From the NCBI GenBank assembly GCA_965216875.1, contig OZ244207.1:7264001-7328000 (forward strand): a stretch of DNA of 64,000 nt, read 5' to 3'. Below the pieces are notes generated by a model that made no database searches, was not told the origin of the DNA, and worked only from the letters and a program-made list of their open reading frames with translations. This document shows positions 1 to 9,704 of the stretch, in pieces. Each line of letters starts with the position of its first letter. Within the stretch, counting starts at the first letter, position 1. Origin of the DNA: Rubripirellula sp. Lineage in GTDB: Bacteria > Planctomycetota > Planctomycetia > Pirellulales > Pirellulaceae. The translations under genes and the position numbers were made by a program.

Positions 1-1
1 T

Positions 2-538
2 CCAGCCTGGGATCACTTGGCCAACCGCAAACTGAGCAGGTTGTCCACGCTGAACGCTGCTGTCAAAGACAGTGCCATCGGTTAGCTTGCCTGTGTAATG
101 AACACGCACGGTGTCGGCGGCAGTTGGCGACTCGCCATCGCCACTTTTGAGGACTTTGTATTGCAGTCCTTTTTCGAGGCTTTTGACACCTTCCTTTTTG
201 CCGTTTTCAGCGAGCCACTTTTCGCCAGACGCCTTCTTTTCGGCCATCTTCGCGGTGAAGCGTTCTTGAAGAAGTTTTTGAATTGCGGCTTCGGTTGCCT
301 TCAATTGTTCTTCGTTCAACTTTGGATCGTTCTTGGCGAGTCCATCTTTGAATCCTGAGAGCAACGAATCGAAATCAAAGTCGGTCGCTTCAAAACCAGC
401 GCCTCCCATTTGCTGGCCCATCGACAGGCCAAGGAAGTAACCAACCGACTTGCCGCTGCCAGCTTCGTCTTGGGCCGAAGCGGTTTGGCAAAGGCCTGTG
501 ATCGCGACCAATGCAACAAGCATCAAACGTACGGACAT
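2..538 (-). CDS. FKBP-type peptidyl-prolyl cis-trans isomerase (Mip/FkpA-like), 3' end outside the window
   Basis: Not in the ORF track because it runs off the edge. Manual translation from ATG 538 gives [23 protein letters not shown] (signal peptide)...[56 protein letters not shown], the FKBP signature. Confidence 0.93.
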   Translation of the reverse strand, partial: MSVRLMLVALVAITGLCQTASAQDEAGSGKSVGYFLGLSMGQQMGGAGFEATDFDFDSLLSGFKDGLAKNDPKLNEEQLKATEAAIQKLLQERFTAKMAEKKASGEKWLAENGKKEGVKSLEKGLQYKVLKSGDGESPTAADTVRVHYTGKLTDGTVFDSSVQRGQPAQFAVGQVIPGW

Positions 539-792
539 TATTCTTCTTTCCTAGGGTTGATTCGGTCGGCTGAAATAACGGGCCTCTGGCGCGTCGCAAA
601 TCCGGTCGCCGACTTGCGTAGGTGGGACCGCGGAAATTGGGCCGCGGCCGCGTTATCACCAACATGCGGTGCTAATGCGTAGACCAAGCAGGATAGCAGG
701 CTGGGTCGGAAACGCCACGGGACAAGGTGTTGAGGGTGGAAAACGTCGCGGAAACCGGCTGATTCCCAGCAAAAGTGGCCCGAGAGAGTTTT

Positions 793-1809
793 TCAGCGGC
801 CCATCGCTGCCGCGGCGGCCACCGCAACAACGAGCGCGACGGCCAACACCGCTAGTTTCGCCCAGCTGACGTTTGCGTGGGGGGTGGCCATCGTCCGATT
901 GGCAATCTGCTGTTGCAGCTCGGCTCGTCCCAACTCGGTCACACGCCCTGCCCCAACGTCTTCGCTGCTTGCCACGATCGACCCGGGTTCGAATTGATCA
1001 TCAAGCTGCAACATCACCGCTTGGACTTGCCGAGCGTTGAAGGGGCGATCCTCGGGCGACTTTGCCAACAACTGATAAACGACTTCGTCAAGCTCATCGG
1101 GGCAAAGGGGCATCGCTGCTTTGACACGAGGGATTTCACCTCGCAAGTGTTGTTCAAAGAGTTGGGCGAAGTTGTCACCTTGATAAGGCTTACGCCCCGT
1201 CAGCAACTCGTACAGGCAGCAGCCAAGGGCATACAGGTCAGCCTTTCCTGAGATCGTGTTGTCGCCGGTGATCTGCTCAGGTGCCATGTAGGCGTGCGTG
1301 CCAACGGTCAGCCCCGCGTCGGTCAAGTCGGCGTTGTTGGTATCTCGAGCGATTCCAAAATCACCAAGCTTGACGTCGGCTTCCTTGGTCAAGAATAGAT
1401 TGCCAGGTTTCAGGTCGCGATGAATCACCCCATTGTTGTGGGCATGCTGCAGAGCCGAGCAGCCCTGTCGCGCGATCTCGACCACCACGGGCCAGCGAAG
1501 TGGGATGCCATCTTGGATCAACTGCTTGACCGTTCCCCCTTCGATCAACTCCATCACATAGTAGAGCTGGCCGTTGTCTTGGCCGCCGCCATAGTAGGCG
1601 ATGATGTTGGGGTGCCGAAGCCTTTCGAGGATGGTCATCTCGCGACGAAAGCGAGCGGCCATCAATTTGTCTTCGCCAAAGCTTGGGTGCAGCTTTTTGA
1701 TGGCGACGCGAGTGCCGCTACTGCGTTCGGTGCCCAAGTAGATCGTGCCTGCCGTCCCTGCGCCGAGCGGGTCGCCTATTTCGTAGTCGGCAAGATTGGC
1801 TGATGGCAT
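793..1809 (-). CDS. Hanks-type Ser/Thr protein kinase with C-terminal transmembrane helix
   Basis: Motifs LGAGTAG, VAIK, HRDLKPGN, DFG, GTHAYMAPE and DLYALG; hydrophobic C-terminus. Start placed at ATG 1809 (MPSANL). Confidence 0.93.
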   Translation of the reverse strand: MPSANLADYEIGDPLGAGTAGTIYLGTERSSGTRVAIKKLHPSFGEDKLMAARFRREMTILERLRHPNIIAYYGGGQDNGQLYYVMELIEGGTVKQLIQDGIPLRWPVVVEIARQGCSALQHAHNNGVIHRDLKPGNLFLTKEADVKLGDFGIARDTNNADLTDAGLTVGTHAYMAPEQITGDNTISGKADLYALGCCLYELLTGRKPYQGDNFAQLFEQHLRGEIPRVKAAMPLCPDELDEVVYQLLAKSPEDRPFNARQVQAVMLQLDDQFEPGSIVASSEDVGAGRVTELGRAELQQQIANRTMATPHANVSWAKLAVLAVALVVAVAAAAAMGR

Positions 1810-1964
1810 GGTGGACCTGGCAAGTCTGTTCCTTCCGAGTCGCATTAGCGACGTCGCGCGACAAGGCTGGAACCGAAGGACCCACAGTATAAACGAGGCG
1901 AGGGCCGGTTGTGATTACCAACAACCGGCCCTGCGATGAGCGATTTCGTCGATTCTCGGAGCCG

Positions 1965-2279
1965 TTACGCTCCGGTGATTTTCTCGATTCGAACCCGAGT
2001 GTGCAGCTGGCGGTGTCCGGTGCGGGACTTGCTGTGCTTACGACGACGGAACTTTTGGATGTACAGTTTTTTGTCCTGCTTAGGACCCAAAACCGATGCA
2101 GTCACGGTCGCCCCTTCAACGGTGGGGGCACCGAGCTTCATTCCATCGTCACCACTGATGGCCAAAACCTTCTCGAAAGTGATGGTTTCGTCCTTGGGTA
2201 CGTCACGATAATCGACGTCGACTTCCATGCCTGGTTGGACGCGGTATTGGCGACCGCCGTCAACGATGATGGCGTACAT
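1965..2279 (-). CDS. rplU: 50S ribosomal protein bL21
   Basis: MYAIIVDGGRQYRV...KFRRRKHSKSRTGHRQLHTRVRIEKI, 104 aa. Confidence 0.97.
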   Translation of the reverse strand: MYAIIVDGGRQYRVQPGMEVDVDYRDVPKDETITFEKVLAISGDDGMKLGAPTVEGATVTASVLGPKQDKKLYIQKFRRRKHSKSRTGHRQLHTRVRIEKITGA

Positions 2280-2359
2280 TTTGGTGTCTCTACTACTATT
2301 GAAATACGTTGATCGTCACAACTTGCTGTTCTGGCGAGCCGCGTAGTTTAGCGTTGGCT

Positions 2360-2393
2360 GCTCGGGACGCCTAGGCCGTCCGAGCTCTTTTTT
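2360..2393 (+). terminator. Intrinsic-terminator-like hairpin with T-tract on the + strand
   Basis: GCTCGGGACG-CCTAGG-CCGTCCGAGC followed by TCTTTTTT; both flanking genes are on the minus strand. Confidence 0.4.
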
Positions 2394-2442
2394 GCCCTCT
2401 TTTGCCAGCCCAGTCGCGACGCAGCGAATCCTCGGGATGTGC

Positions 2443-4821
2443 CTATTTTTGCCGGTTGAGCAGGTTTTCCAGCAGAAATCGGTGCGTCATCTGCCCCATG
2501 TGCCAGACCTGCCCGGGATGCCGCACGGCGTGGGCTGCCCCCGGGTAGATCATCAGCTCGAAATCGATGCCCGCCTTTTGCAAGGCATCGGCCATCCGGA
2601 ACGTGCCGCTGGGGTGAACGTTGTCATCCGCTTCGCCATGGATCATGAGCACCCGGCCGTTCAGGTCAGCCGCCTTTGCGACTGGCGAGGTCTTGGCGTA
2701 CCCGTCCTTGTTCTCAAGCGGCAATCCCATGTACCGCTCGGTGTAAAAAGCATCGTATTCGAGCCAGTCGGTGACCGAACCGCCTGCGATGCCCGCGCAA
2801 AATGCGTCGCTGTGGGTCATGGCATACAGGGTCATGAACCCACCATAGCTCCAGCCACGAATGGCCAACCGTTCGTCGTCGACCCACGGTTGCTCCTCAA
2901 GCCATCCAACGGCTTCCAGGATGTCGCCCAATTCCACTTCGCCGAGTCGCCATTTCACACCCCAAGTTTCTCCGATCCCACGGCCCGCACTCGACCGATT
3001 GTCGACCACAAGCGTCGCGATTCCCTCCCGGGCAAGCAGCTCGCGGTAGAGCGCGCGATTGGATGACCACCGCGACGTCACCACGGGTGCTTGAGGGCCT
3101 CCGTAGATTTCAAGAACGACCGGACAGGGCGTTTGCTCGCTTGCGCCCTCGGGCCGATACAACATGGCCGGAAGGGGAACGCCATCCTCGGTTTCGATTC
3201 GAAACACTTCCGGCTCGATCAGCGCCGACTCGAGCAACAGTTCTGACGCTGCGATCTTCTGAACCGATTCGCCCGAAATCTCGCGCAGCAGATCCCCTGA
3301 AGTATCTTGCAGCAGCAACGTTGGTGGTTCACTCGGTGTGCTATGCGCGTCGACGATGAAGTCACCGCGCGGGCTGATCGAGATGTCGTGCCAACCTTTA
3401 GACGTCGTGATGGGTTGAAGCATGGGACCGTCGGCACGCAGGTCAATTCGGTAGGCATGCCGCTCGATCGAAACACCCCTGCGATCTCCCGTCACGATCG
3501 CGAACGTGCCGTCGGTGGCGACGTAGTAGTCGTGTACATCAAAGTCCTCAGGCGAAACCGGGGTCGCGATCGAACCATCCGGCGAAAGGTGGTAAAGCCG
3601 ATAACGTCCGGTCGGAAGTTCACTGCGCCATACCAAACTGCCATCAGCAAGGAATGCGGGGGGCGAAGGAGGCTCAACCCAAGCGGGACTTTCTTCACGC
3701 AGCAACAGCGTCGAGTCATTGGTATTGCCGAGCAGAAAAGCTTCACTTGCAGCGCGCAATTCGCGCCACGTTTGTGTTCGGTCGCTGATGCTGAATAAGA
3801 GCGTCCGATTGCGCGCGTGCCACCAGACGCCCGTGATGATCCGCTGGTCCTGAGGTGTCGAACGGGCAATGAGCCTCGGCGCTGGAATGGTTCCCTGATC
3901 AAAGTTCCGCAGATCCCAGATCAACAAGTTCGCGTGGGGAATCGGGTCGCCTGCTTTCGGGTAGCGTCGAATGATTCCTGCGCCGCGATCACTTGATGCC
4001 AACGGCAGGGTGTAAACCGGGACGCCGCTAATGTCGATCCGCAGCATCGCCAACCAATTGCCATCGGGGCTGAACCAAAAGCCTTTGTAGTTGCCACGCC
4101 CAAAGATCTCTTCCTGGTAGGTCCAATCGAGTACGCCATCAAGCAGCGTGTCGGATTCGTCCCGCGTCATTCTCAGGGTCCGGCCCGTCGCGATGTCGAC
4201 GAGGAAGAGATCGCCATTTTGCGTGTAGGCGACACGGCGTCCGATCGGATCGATCGTCGCGTTTCCCCACTTGGTCGCATCGCGGGTCAACCAACGTGCG
4301 TCATCGGTTCTCGAAACAACGGCAAGTCCCTTGCCAACCCGCGCGAGGACTCTTCCCGACGGCTGCTTGAGTTGGGTCACGGCGGCAGCTGCCGACTCTT
4401 GGGCCTGTTTCGAATCGGTGCCTTGCAAGGTGGACAGTCGGTCCGCGATGGCGCCCACCACCGGCCACTCGAATTCAACACCCGACCGAAGGTCTCGCCG
4501 CATCCACGTGTCGTCGCGCTTGACCAGAAGTTGGGACTCTTGCCCGTCAACCAACCAATGCGTCGCTGGCAGCGAGGTTGTCATCGCTCGCTTCTTTTTC
4601 GGGTGCAGGAGCGTTTCCAGAGAAAGCTCGGGTGGCGAATCCTCCTCTGAAACCGACCCGAATGTGTCCTGGCCGAACAAATCGCCCCCAAAGAGGCACG
4701 TCACACCGATCAGTGTCACAAGACCGATTACCGATCTGCGGTTGCTCGATCTACAATTGTCGCATTCGGACTCCACCACACTGCCCTCGCTGAGTATCCA
4801 CCTTGCTGTTTTCACCATCAT
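2443..4821 (-). CDS. S9 family peptidase (dipeptidyl-peptidase IV-like); true start probably somewhat downstream
   Basis: DPP-IV N-terminal motifs GVLDWTYQEE and YPKAGD; catalytic GWSYGG, DDNVH and YPGAAH. Confidence 0.93.
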   Translation of the reverse strand: MMVKTARWILSEGSVVESECDNCRSSNRRSVIGLVTLIGVTCLFGGDLFGQDTFGSVSEEDSPPELSLETLLHPKKKRAMTTSLPATHWLVDGQESQLLVKRDDTWMRRDLRSGVEFEWPVVGAIADRLSTLQGTDSKQAQESAAAAVTQLKQPSGRVLARVGKGLAVVSRTDDARWLTRDATKWGNATIDPIGRRVAYTQNGDLFLVDIATGRTLRMTRDESDTLLDGVLDWTYQEEIFGRGNYKGFWFSPDGNWLAMLRIDISGVPVYTLPLASSDRGAGIIRRYPKAGDPIPHANLLIWDLRNFDQGTIPAPRLIARSTPQDQRIITGVWWHARNRTLLFSISDRTQTWRELRAASEAFLLGNTNDSTLLLREESPAWVEPPSPPAFLADGSLVWRSELPTGRYRLYHLSPDGSIATPVSPEDFDVHDYYVATDGTFAIVTGDRRGVSIERHAYRIDLRADGPMLQPITTSKGWHDISISPRGDFIVDAHSTPSEPPTLLLQDTSGDLLREISGESVQKIAASELLLESALIEPEVFRIETEDGVPLPAMLYRPEGASEQTPCPVVLEIYGGPQAPVVTSRWSSNRALYRELLAREGIATLVVDNRSSAGRGIGETWGVKWRLGEVELGDILEAVGWLEEQPWVDDERLAIRGWSYGGFMTLYAMTHSDAFCAGIAGGSVTDWLEYDAFYTERYMGLPLENKDGYAKTSPVAKAADLNGRVLMIHGEADDNVHPSGTFRMADALQKAGIDFELMIYPGAAHAVRHPGQVWHMGQMTHRFLLENLLNRQK

Positions 4822-6686
4822 CCCGCTGCCGGTTCGTCGTTCGTGTGACCTTGGTCCTCATCTCGTTGCTGGGGGTGACACCGCTGGTGTCCAACGCCCA
4901 GGAGCGACCCAACATTGTATGGATCATGTCCGAAGACAACTCCAAGCACTACCTCAAGCATTTTGATCCAGATGGAGCGCCAGCACCACACATCGAAGCG
5001 TTGGCCGACCACGGGATTACTTTTGACCGTGCATTTTCATGTGCCCCGGTCTGCTCAGTTGCCAGAACCACGCTGATCACCTCCTGCTATGGTCCGCGCA
5101 TCGGAACGCAATATCATCGTCGAAGCTCGATGGCGACCATGCCTGCGGGGCTAAAAATGTTTCCCGCCTACTTACGCGCGGCGGGCTACTACACCACCAA
5201 CAATAGCAAAGAAGATTACAACGCAACCAAATCGGATGATGTTTGGGACGATTCGTCTGGGCGTTCGTCTTGGAAGAAACGCCCCGACAAGTCGGCGCCC
5301 TTCTTTCACGTGCAAACGTCGACACTGTCGCACGAAGGCAGACTGCATTTTCCAGCCAAGGAGATGGAAAAGGCAAACGCAACCGATCCCGACTCGGTCA
5401 AACTTCAACCGTATTTTCCCGACACACCAACCTTTCGCTACACGCGCGCTCGCTACCACGATCGGATGACCGCGATCGACGAAGTGGTCGGCACGATCGT
5501 CGCTGACCTCAAACAAGCCGGGGAACTTGAAAAGACCTTCATCTTCTACTTTGGCGACCATGGTGGAGTTCTGCCGCGATCGAAGGGCTACGCGTATGAA
5601 TCCGGTTTGCACGTTCCCTTGGTCGTTCGAGTGCCCGAAAAGTTCAAGTCGCTGGTCAATCGCGATCTCGGATCACGCACCCATGGTTTTGTCGAGTTCG
5701 TTGACTTTGGACCAACCGTACTGAAGCTGGCCGGAATCGACGTGCCCGACGGTGTTGATGGCAAACCGTTCCTCGGACCAGGCGTTGATGCGAGTGTCAT
5801 CGATCAACGTAACGAAACCTTTGGATACGCTGATCGCTTCGACGAAAAATACGACCTCGTTCGAACGCTGCGTTGGGGTAAGTACAAGTACATCCGTAAC
5901 TTTGAACCCTTCCTGCCTGATGGCCTGCAGAATAACTATCGCTACAACATGCTCGCCTACAAAGAGTGGCGAAAGCTCTACAGGGCGGGCAAACTCAACG
6001 CGGTTCAGCGTCAGTTTTTTGAAGCCAAACCAGTCGAGGCACTCTATGACTTGGAGGCTGATCCCCACGAAACCAACAACCTTGCTGGAAGCGACGACTA
6101 CGCGAACGTCACCTCCAAGATGCGTGAACGGCTTGTCGAGCGTTTGAAGCAGATGCCCGACCTGAGTTTCTTGCCCGAGGCGGTGTTGTTTGACGATGCG
6201 ATGGAGAATCCGGTCGCTTTTGGCAAACAGCACTCGGGTGAAATCGCAGCCTTGATCGATACGGTGAACCTCGCGCTCGAACCTTACTCGCAAGTCGAAG
6301 CTCAACTAAAGTCGGCGATTGAAAGTGAAGACGCTTGGGTCCGTTATTGGGGCTTGGTCGCATGCAGCAGTTTCGGCGAGCAAGCTGAACCGCTTGTGGA
6401 ATTGGTCAAGCAGCGATTGTCCGATCCCGAACCACTCGTTGTCATGCGAGCGGTTGAGTTTCTGGCGATCACCAGCGACGTCGACGTTCGCCCCTACCTC
6501 TATCGTTCGGTAGCGAGGTCGACCAACCAACCCGAAGCATTGCGTGTGCTCAATACGGCGGTCTACCTAAACGACGTTTTTGGGGAGCGATTGAAGATCA
6601 ATCCCGCCGAAATTCACTTCTCAATGCCTGTCGGCAAACGCAGTGAACTGAAACGGCGCATGGATTACTTCGAAGGCGCGCTGTAG
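4803..6686 (+). CDS. Sulfatase with C-terminal HEAT-like helical region
   Basis: PNIVWIMSED, formylglycine motif variant CSVAR, GDHG, LYDLEADPHETNNLA; C-terminal 'DAWVRYWG' and 'LSDPEPLVVMRA' HEAT-like segments. Confidence 0.9.
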   Translation: MLFSPSSRCRFVVRVTLVLISLLGVTPLVSNAQERPNIVWIMSEDNSKHYLKHFDPDGAPAPHIEALADHGITFDRAFSCAPVCSVARTTLITSCYGPRIGTQYHRRSSMATMPAGLKMFPAYLRAAGYYTTNNSKEDYNATKSDDVWDDSSGRSSWKKRPDKSAPFFHVQTSTLSHEGRLHFPAKEMEKANATDPDSVKLQPYFPDTPTFRYTRARYHDRMTAIDEVVGTIVADLKQAGELEKTFIFYFGDHGGVLPRSKGYAYESGLHVPLVVRVPEKFKSLVNRDLGSRTHGFVEFVDFGPTVLKLAGIDVPDGVDGKPFLGPGVDASVIDQRNETFGYADRFDEKYDLVRTLRWGKYKYIRNFEPFLPDGLQNNYRYNMLAYKEWRKLYRAGKLNAVQRQFFEAKPVEALYDLEADPHETNNLAGSDDYANVTSKMRERLVERLKQMPDLSFLPEAVLFDDAMENPVAFGKQHSGEIAALIDTVNLALEPYSQVEAQLKSAIESEDAWVRYWGLVACSSFGEQAEPLVELVKQRLSDPEPLVVMRAVEFLAITSDVDVRPYLYRSVARSTNQPEALRVLNTAVYLNDVFGERLKINPAEIHFSMPVGKRSELKRRMDYFEGAL

Positions 6687-6848
6687 GTCATGCTGTGCAT
6701 GACATCCGCTGTGGCTGTGCTCGCCAGACCGAGGACTCATCAGCCGCAACGCGATAGCGTGCGGTTTTACACGTAGTCAACCACGCGGGAACCGCAAGCG
6801 ATCGCTCTGCGGCTGATCGTAAACCGCACCCGTCAATTGTGGCGTGGC

Positions 6849-7730
6849 CTACGAGAGGTTGAGCGTCTTGAGCACGGCGGAAGCGATCACGACGGCGAGC
6901 CCGGCGTAGGTCACTCGAAAGATCTTCGATTCGCTGCCGCATGCCATCAGCCCCATCGCGCACACGACAGAGATAAACGTAAACTCTTGACGCAGGCCGG
7001 CGAGCGTGATGATGAATGCGATCAACGACAAGTGTGTGATGGCGCGTTTGGGAATCAGCAGCATCGATAGGCACAGCCAAAGTTCCATCAGCAGAATGGA
7101 CGCCGTGAATCCATAGGTGATCGCCGTGAATGCGGGAAACGGCGGCTCAAGTTTCACCGCATTCAATTCGCCTGGTGGCGTCGTGTGTAACGTCTCGACC
7201 AACTCGGCGTTCGACGTGACAATCGCATGAGTTTCGGGAACCAACTTCAAGAGCGGTCCGCCGAATCCACCACGCGCGAGCTCGAAGCCGATGTACGAGC
7301 CGTCAAGAAAATCGGGTGACAAGAGTTTTTGGACGGTCGCAAACCCCATCAACACGATAAGAAGCGCGCGAGCGTTGAACGACAAACTCTCGACTTGAGT
7401 GGCTTGGTCTCGACATCCGAGCATGCATAGCGAGATGGCAGATGACAAATAAGTCATCATCCAATGATGATTTGGAACGTCCAGAGGCCGCTCGACAATC
7501 CCCATCGCCAAACCGATCGCGACAATGGGCCACGCAAAACAGGCCGCTCGTGATGTGACGCCGACGACCAGCGAAAGAAGCAACGATGCGGTCATCACCG
7601 TCGCCAACGTTTCATCAACGCGAGTCGACGTGAACAGGTATGCGATGATGACAATCGCGCAAACACTCAGCATCACCCGAAGGATGTTGTTGGTCTGTGC
7701 ACCTTGCAGGTCCGTCTTTGGCTCGCTCAT
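6849..7730 (-). CDS. Polytopic membrane protein, HTTM / vitamin K-dependent gamma-carboxylase-like
   Basis: About 7-8 hydrophobic helices. PNHHWMMTY and FATVQKLLSPDFLDGS resemble the HTTM/GGCX motifs NNHxYL and AGxxKLxxDWxxG. ATGA overlap with the upstream gene. Confidence 0.6.
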   Translation of the reverse strand: MSEPKTDLQGAQTNNILRVMLSVCAIVIIAYLFTSTRVDETLATVMTASLLLSLVVGVTSRAACFAWPIVAIGLAMGIVERPLDVPNHHWMMTYLSSAISLCMLGCRDQATQVESLSFNARALLIVLMGFATVQKLLSPDFLDGSYIGFELARGGFGGPLLKLVPETHAIVTSNAELVETLHTTPPGELNAVKLEPPFPAFTAITYGFTASILLMELWLCLSMLLIPKRAITHLSLIAFIITLAGLRQEFTFISVVCAMGLMACGSESKIFRVTYAGLAVVIASAVLKTLNLS

Positions 7731-8197
7731 TGATTGCCCTCCGATTCAATAAGGAGCAGTTGCCGACGAGACAGTTCTCCGCTTGCGACATCAAACTTCA
7801 GGCCAGTGATTTCGGTCTTTTGGGGCGGATCGTCGAGCTTTGACAGGTCATCTCGAAGCGCGTCGGGCCGAGGGAATGTCAGGTGCGGCCGGACCACACG
7901 GTAGAGTTTCGAGTCTTCCTTGCTGTGTTTCCAAAAACGCTGGGGTGGATCGTCAGGGCTTGCCGTGACCCAAGCATCATTTTGCACGGGATGAAAACCG
8001 GCATACATTCCGAACCCGCCACCGCGCCAAGTGCTCAAGCCAACGCCGCGCTGGGCGGAGTCTTCTTGCGTTTGGGCGGATGATGCCCGAGTGATTTGCA
8101 CGGTGATCAAGTGACCCGTGGCCCAAGTCGCCATGACGCAAGCCACGCCATAGCGAATCCAGGATGGGGCAGATCGGGACGGATTGGGCTCGGTCAT
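7727..8197 (-). CDS. Hypothetical protein with N-terminal TM helix and GLSTWRGGGFGMYA motif (probable HTTM partner)
   Basis: 156 aa; 4-nt ATGA overlaps at both ends (8194-8197 and 7727-7730) indicate translational coupling. Confidence 0.75.
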   Translation of the reverse strand: MTEPNPSRSAPSWIRYGVACVMATWATGHLITVQITRASSAQTQEDSAQRGVGLSTWRGGGFGMYAGFHPVQNDAWVTASPDDPPQRFWKHSKEDSKLYRVVRPHLTFPRPDALRDDLSKLDDPPQKTEITGLKFDVASGELSRRQLLLIESEGNQ

Positions 8198-9690
8198 GAA
8201 GGCACCAGGTTTGGCAACGGATAGCGGGCAACTGCGTTTTCGGTAGCCCAGGCAAACAGGTAGTCGTAGTCGGAGGTGCGAAATGCGGTTTCATTCAGAC
8301 GAACCGATCGATTCACACGGCGGAAGAGTTTGCCTGGCAACAGCCCCGCCGTCTTCACGACGCCACCGGCAGCGACCGCGCGAGCGCGAACGGAAGTGGC
8401 GTGCAACATGTGAGTTGCCCTTTGACTGCGACGCACAGAGGAAAGCCATTGCGAAAAGTCATCGAGCGACTGGTTCGACAAGAATGTGCGGCGGTCAAAC
8501 AGCAGAACGGAAGCGGCCTTCTTTTCTTGCGCGTACAAGCTTGCGTCCACACCCGCTTCGCTCAATACACGTCGGCAAAAGGGTTTGTCGTAGGCGTTGC
8601 TGCTGCACCAAGGCTGCATGTCCTCACTGCGGTTGACCTGTTCAATCCCGCCTCCACTTCGTAGCCCCAGCGTTGGCAATGGCAGATGCAAGAATCCCGC
8701 CCACAAACGGTATTCGGTGAGCGACAGTCCCGATTGATCGGCACGCGTGAGTTCGGTGAGGGGTTGGTGACGCTTTGCCCACGCACCTGCTGCGTAACCG
8801 GTCAGCAACAGTCGGTCGCGGAGATGGTCTTCCGCGCCCGCAAAGTAGACGTCTTCGCCTTTTGCATCAGCGGCAAGGAATGGCACTTCGGGACGATCCA
8901 GGTCACGCCACCGATCACGATCAAGTGAGTGAACGAGGATCCCAAGTTGGTCGCCGATCCGTTTGCCTGAATCGTCAGAGCCACCACGCGCCGAGTCAAA
9001 GGTAATCGCTTCCTGCAGTCCCGCCGTTTGCCCTAGCGCGCATACGGTCGGTGAATCGAATCCGCTTGAGATGGTTCCAAGTGGCCGGTGGGGCCTTTGT
9101 CGCGCCGGATCGACTGCGTTTTCAACGCATCGCACCAAACTCGATTCCAAGAATTCTCGATACGCACCATAGGACGAAGCTTTACGCGGGACGATCGGTT
9201 TGGCGCAGACGCGAAGTCCTTTTCGGGTCCACTTCAAGTTGTCGTGATAGAGCAAGCGAACCGTTGGCGTAACCTCTGCCAGATCGCGCCGGTAACCGGG
9301 CATTCCTGAGACGACGGTTAAAAAATCGGCCGGATATCCCGTATGGAACCGGTTCACCTGCAATTCCAACGCGGCCAATAGGGCGGGCAGCGAATTGCTG
9401 ACCCAGTCGGTGTTTTCGTTTTCACACCACACCAATCGATCCATGGTGTGTGATGCCGACACGAATACGAAAGCGTCGTCACGCTTTCGGCCACCGCTCC
9501 CGAACATCAAGTCGGTTTGATCAAAGCTTGCCGCGTCGAATTGGCCGTCCCAGGCCGCTTCGCAAAACCATTGGTCTCGAACCTCGACACCCGTCCCATG
9601 AAAAACGTGGACGTCCCCGCCGCTTCGATCGGCTTTGGCAACCCAGGCGAGCGACGGCCAAAGGGGACAGAGTTGGTAGGTCAAGTTCAT
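8194..9690 (-). CDS. Asparagine-synthetase-like (adenine nucleotide alpha hydrolase fold) protein lacking the N-terminal Cys
   Basis: PP-loop-like ISSGFDS, LLTGYAAG and YDKPFCRR. Start ATG 9690 (MNLTYQ) has a GAGGG Shine-Dalgarno and lies 14 nt after the glycosyltransferase stop. Confidence 0.65.
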   Translation of the reverse strand: MNLTYQLCPLWPSLAWVAKADRSGGDVHVFHGTGVEVRDQWFCEAAWDGQFDAASFDQTDLMFGSGGRKRDDAFVFVSASHTMDRLVWCENENTDWVSNSLPALLAALELQVNRFHTGYPADFLTVVSGMPGYRRDLAEVTPTVRLLYHDNLKWTRKGLRVCAKPIVPRKASSYGAYREFLESSLVRCVENAVDPARQRPHRPLGTISSGFDSPTVCALGQTAGLQEAITFDSARGGSDDSGKRIGDQLGILVHSLDRDRWRDLDRPEVPFLAADAKGEDVYFAGAEDHLRDRLLLTGYAAGAWAKRHQPLTELTRADQSGLSLTEYRLWAGFLHLPLPTLGLRSGGGIEQVNRSEDMQPWCSSNAYDKPFCRRVLSEAGVDASLYAQEKKAASVLLFDRRTFLSNQSLDDFSQWLSSVRRSQRATHMLHATSVRARAVAAGGVVKTAGLLPGKLFRRVNRSVRLNETAFRTSDYDYLFAWATENAVARYPLPNLVPS

Positions 9691-9704
9691 CGACGTGCCC
9701 TCGA

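Noticed and set aside
6687..6703. Hairpin GTCATGC-TGT-GCATGAC just after the sulfatase stop
   Set aside because: Short stem with no T-tract; insufficient to call a terminator.
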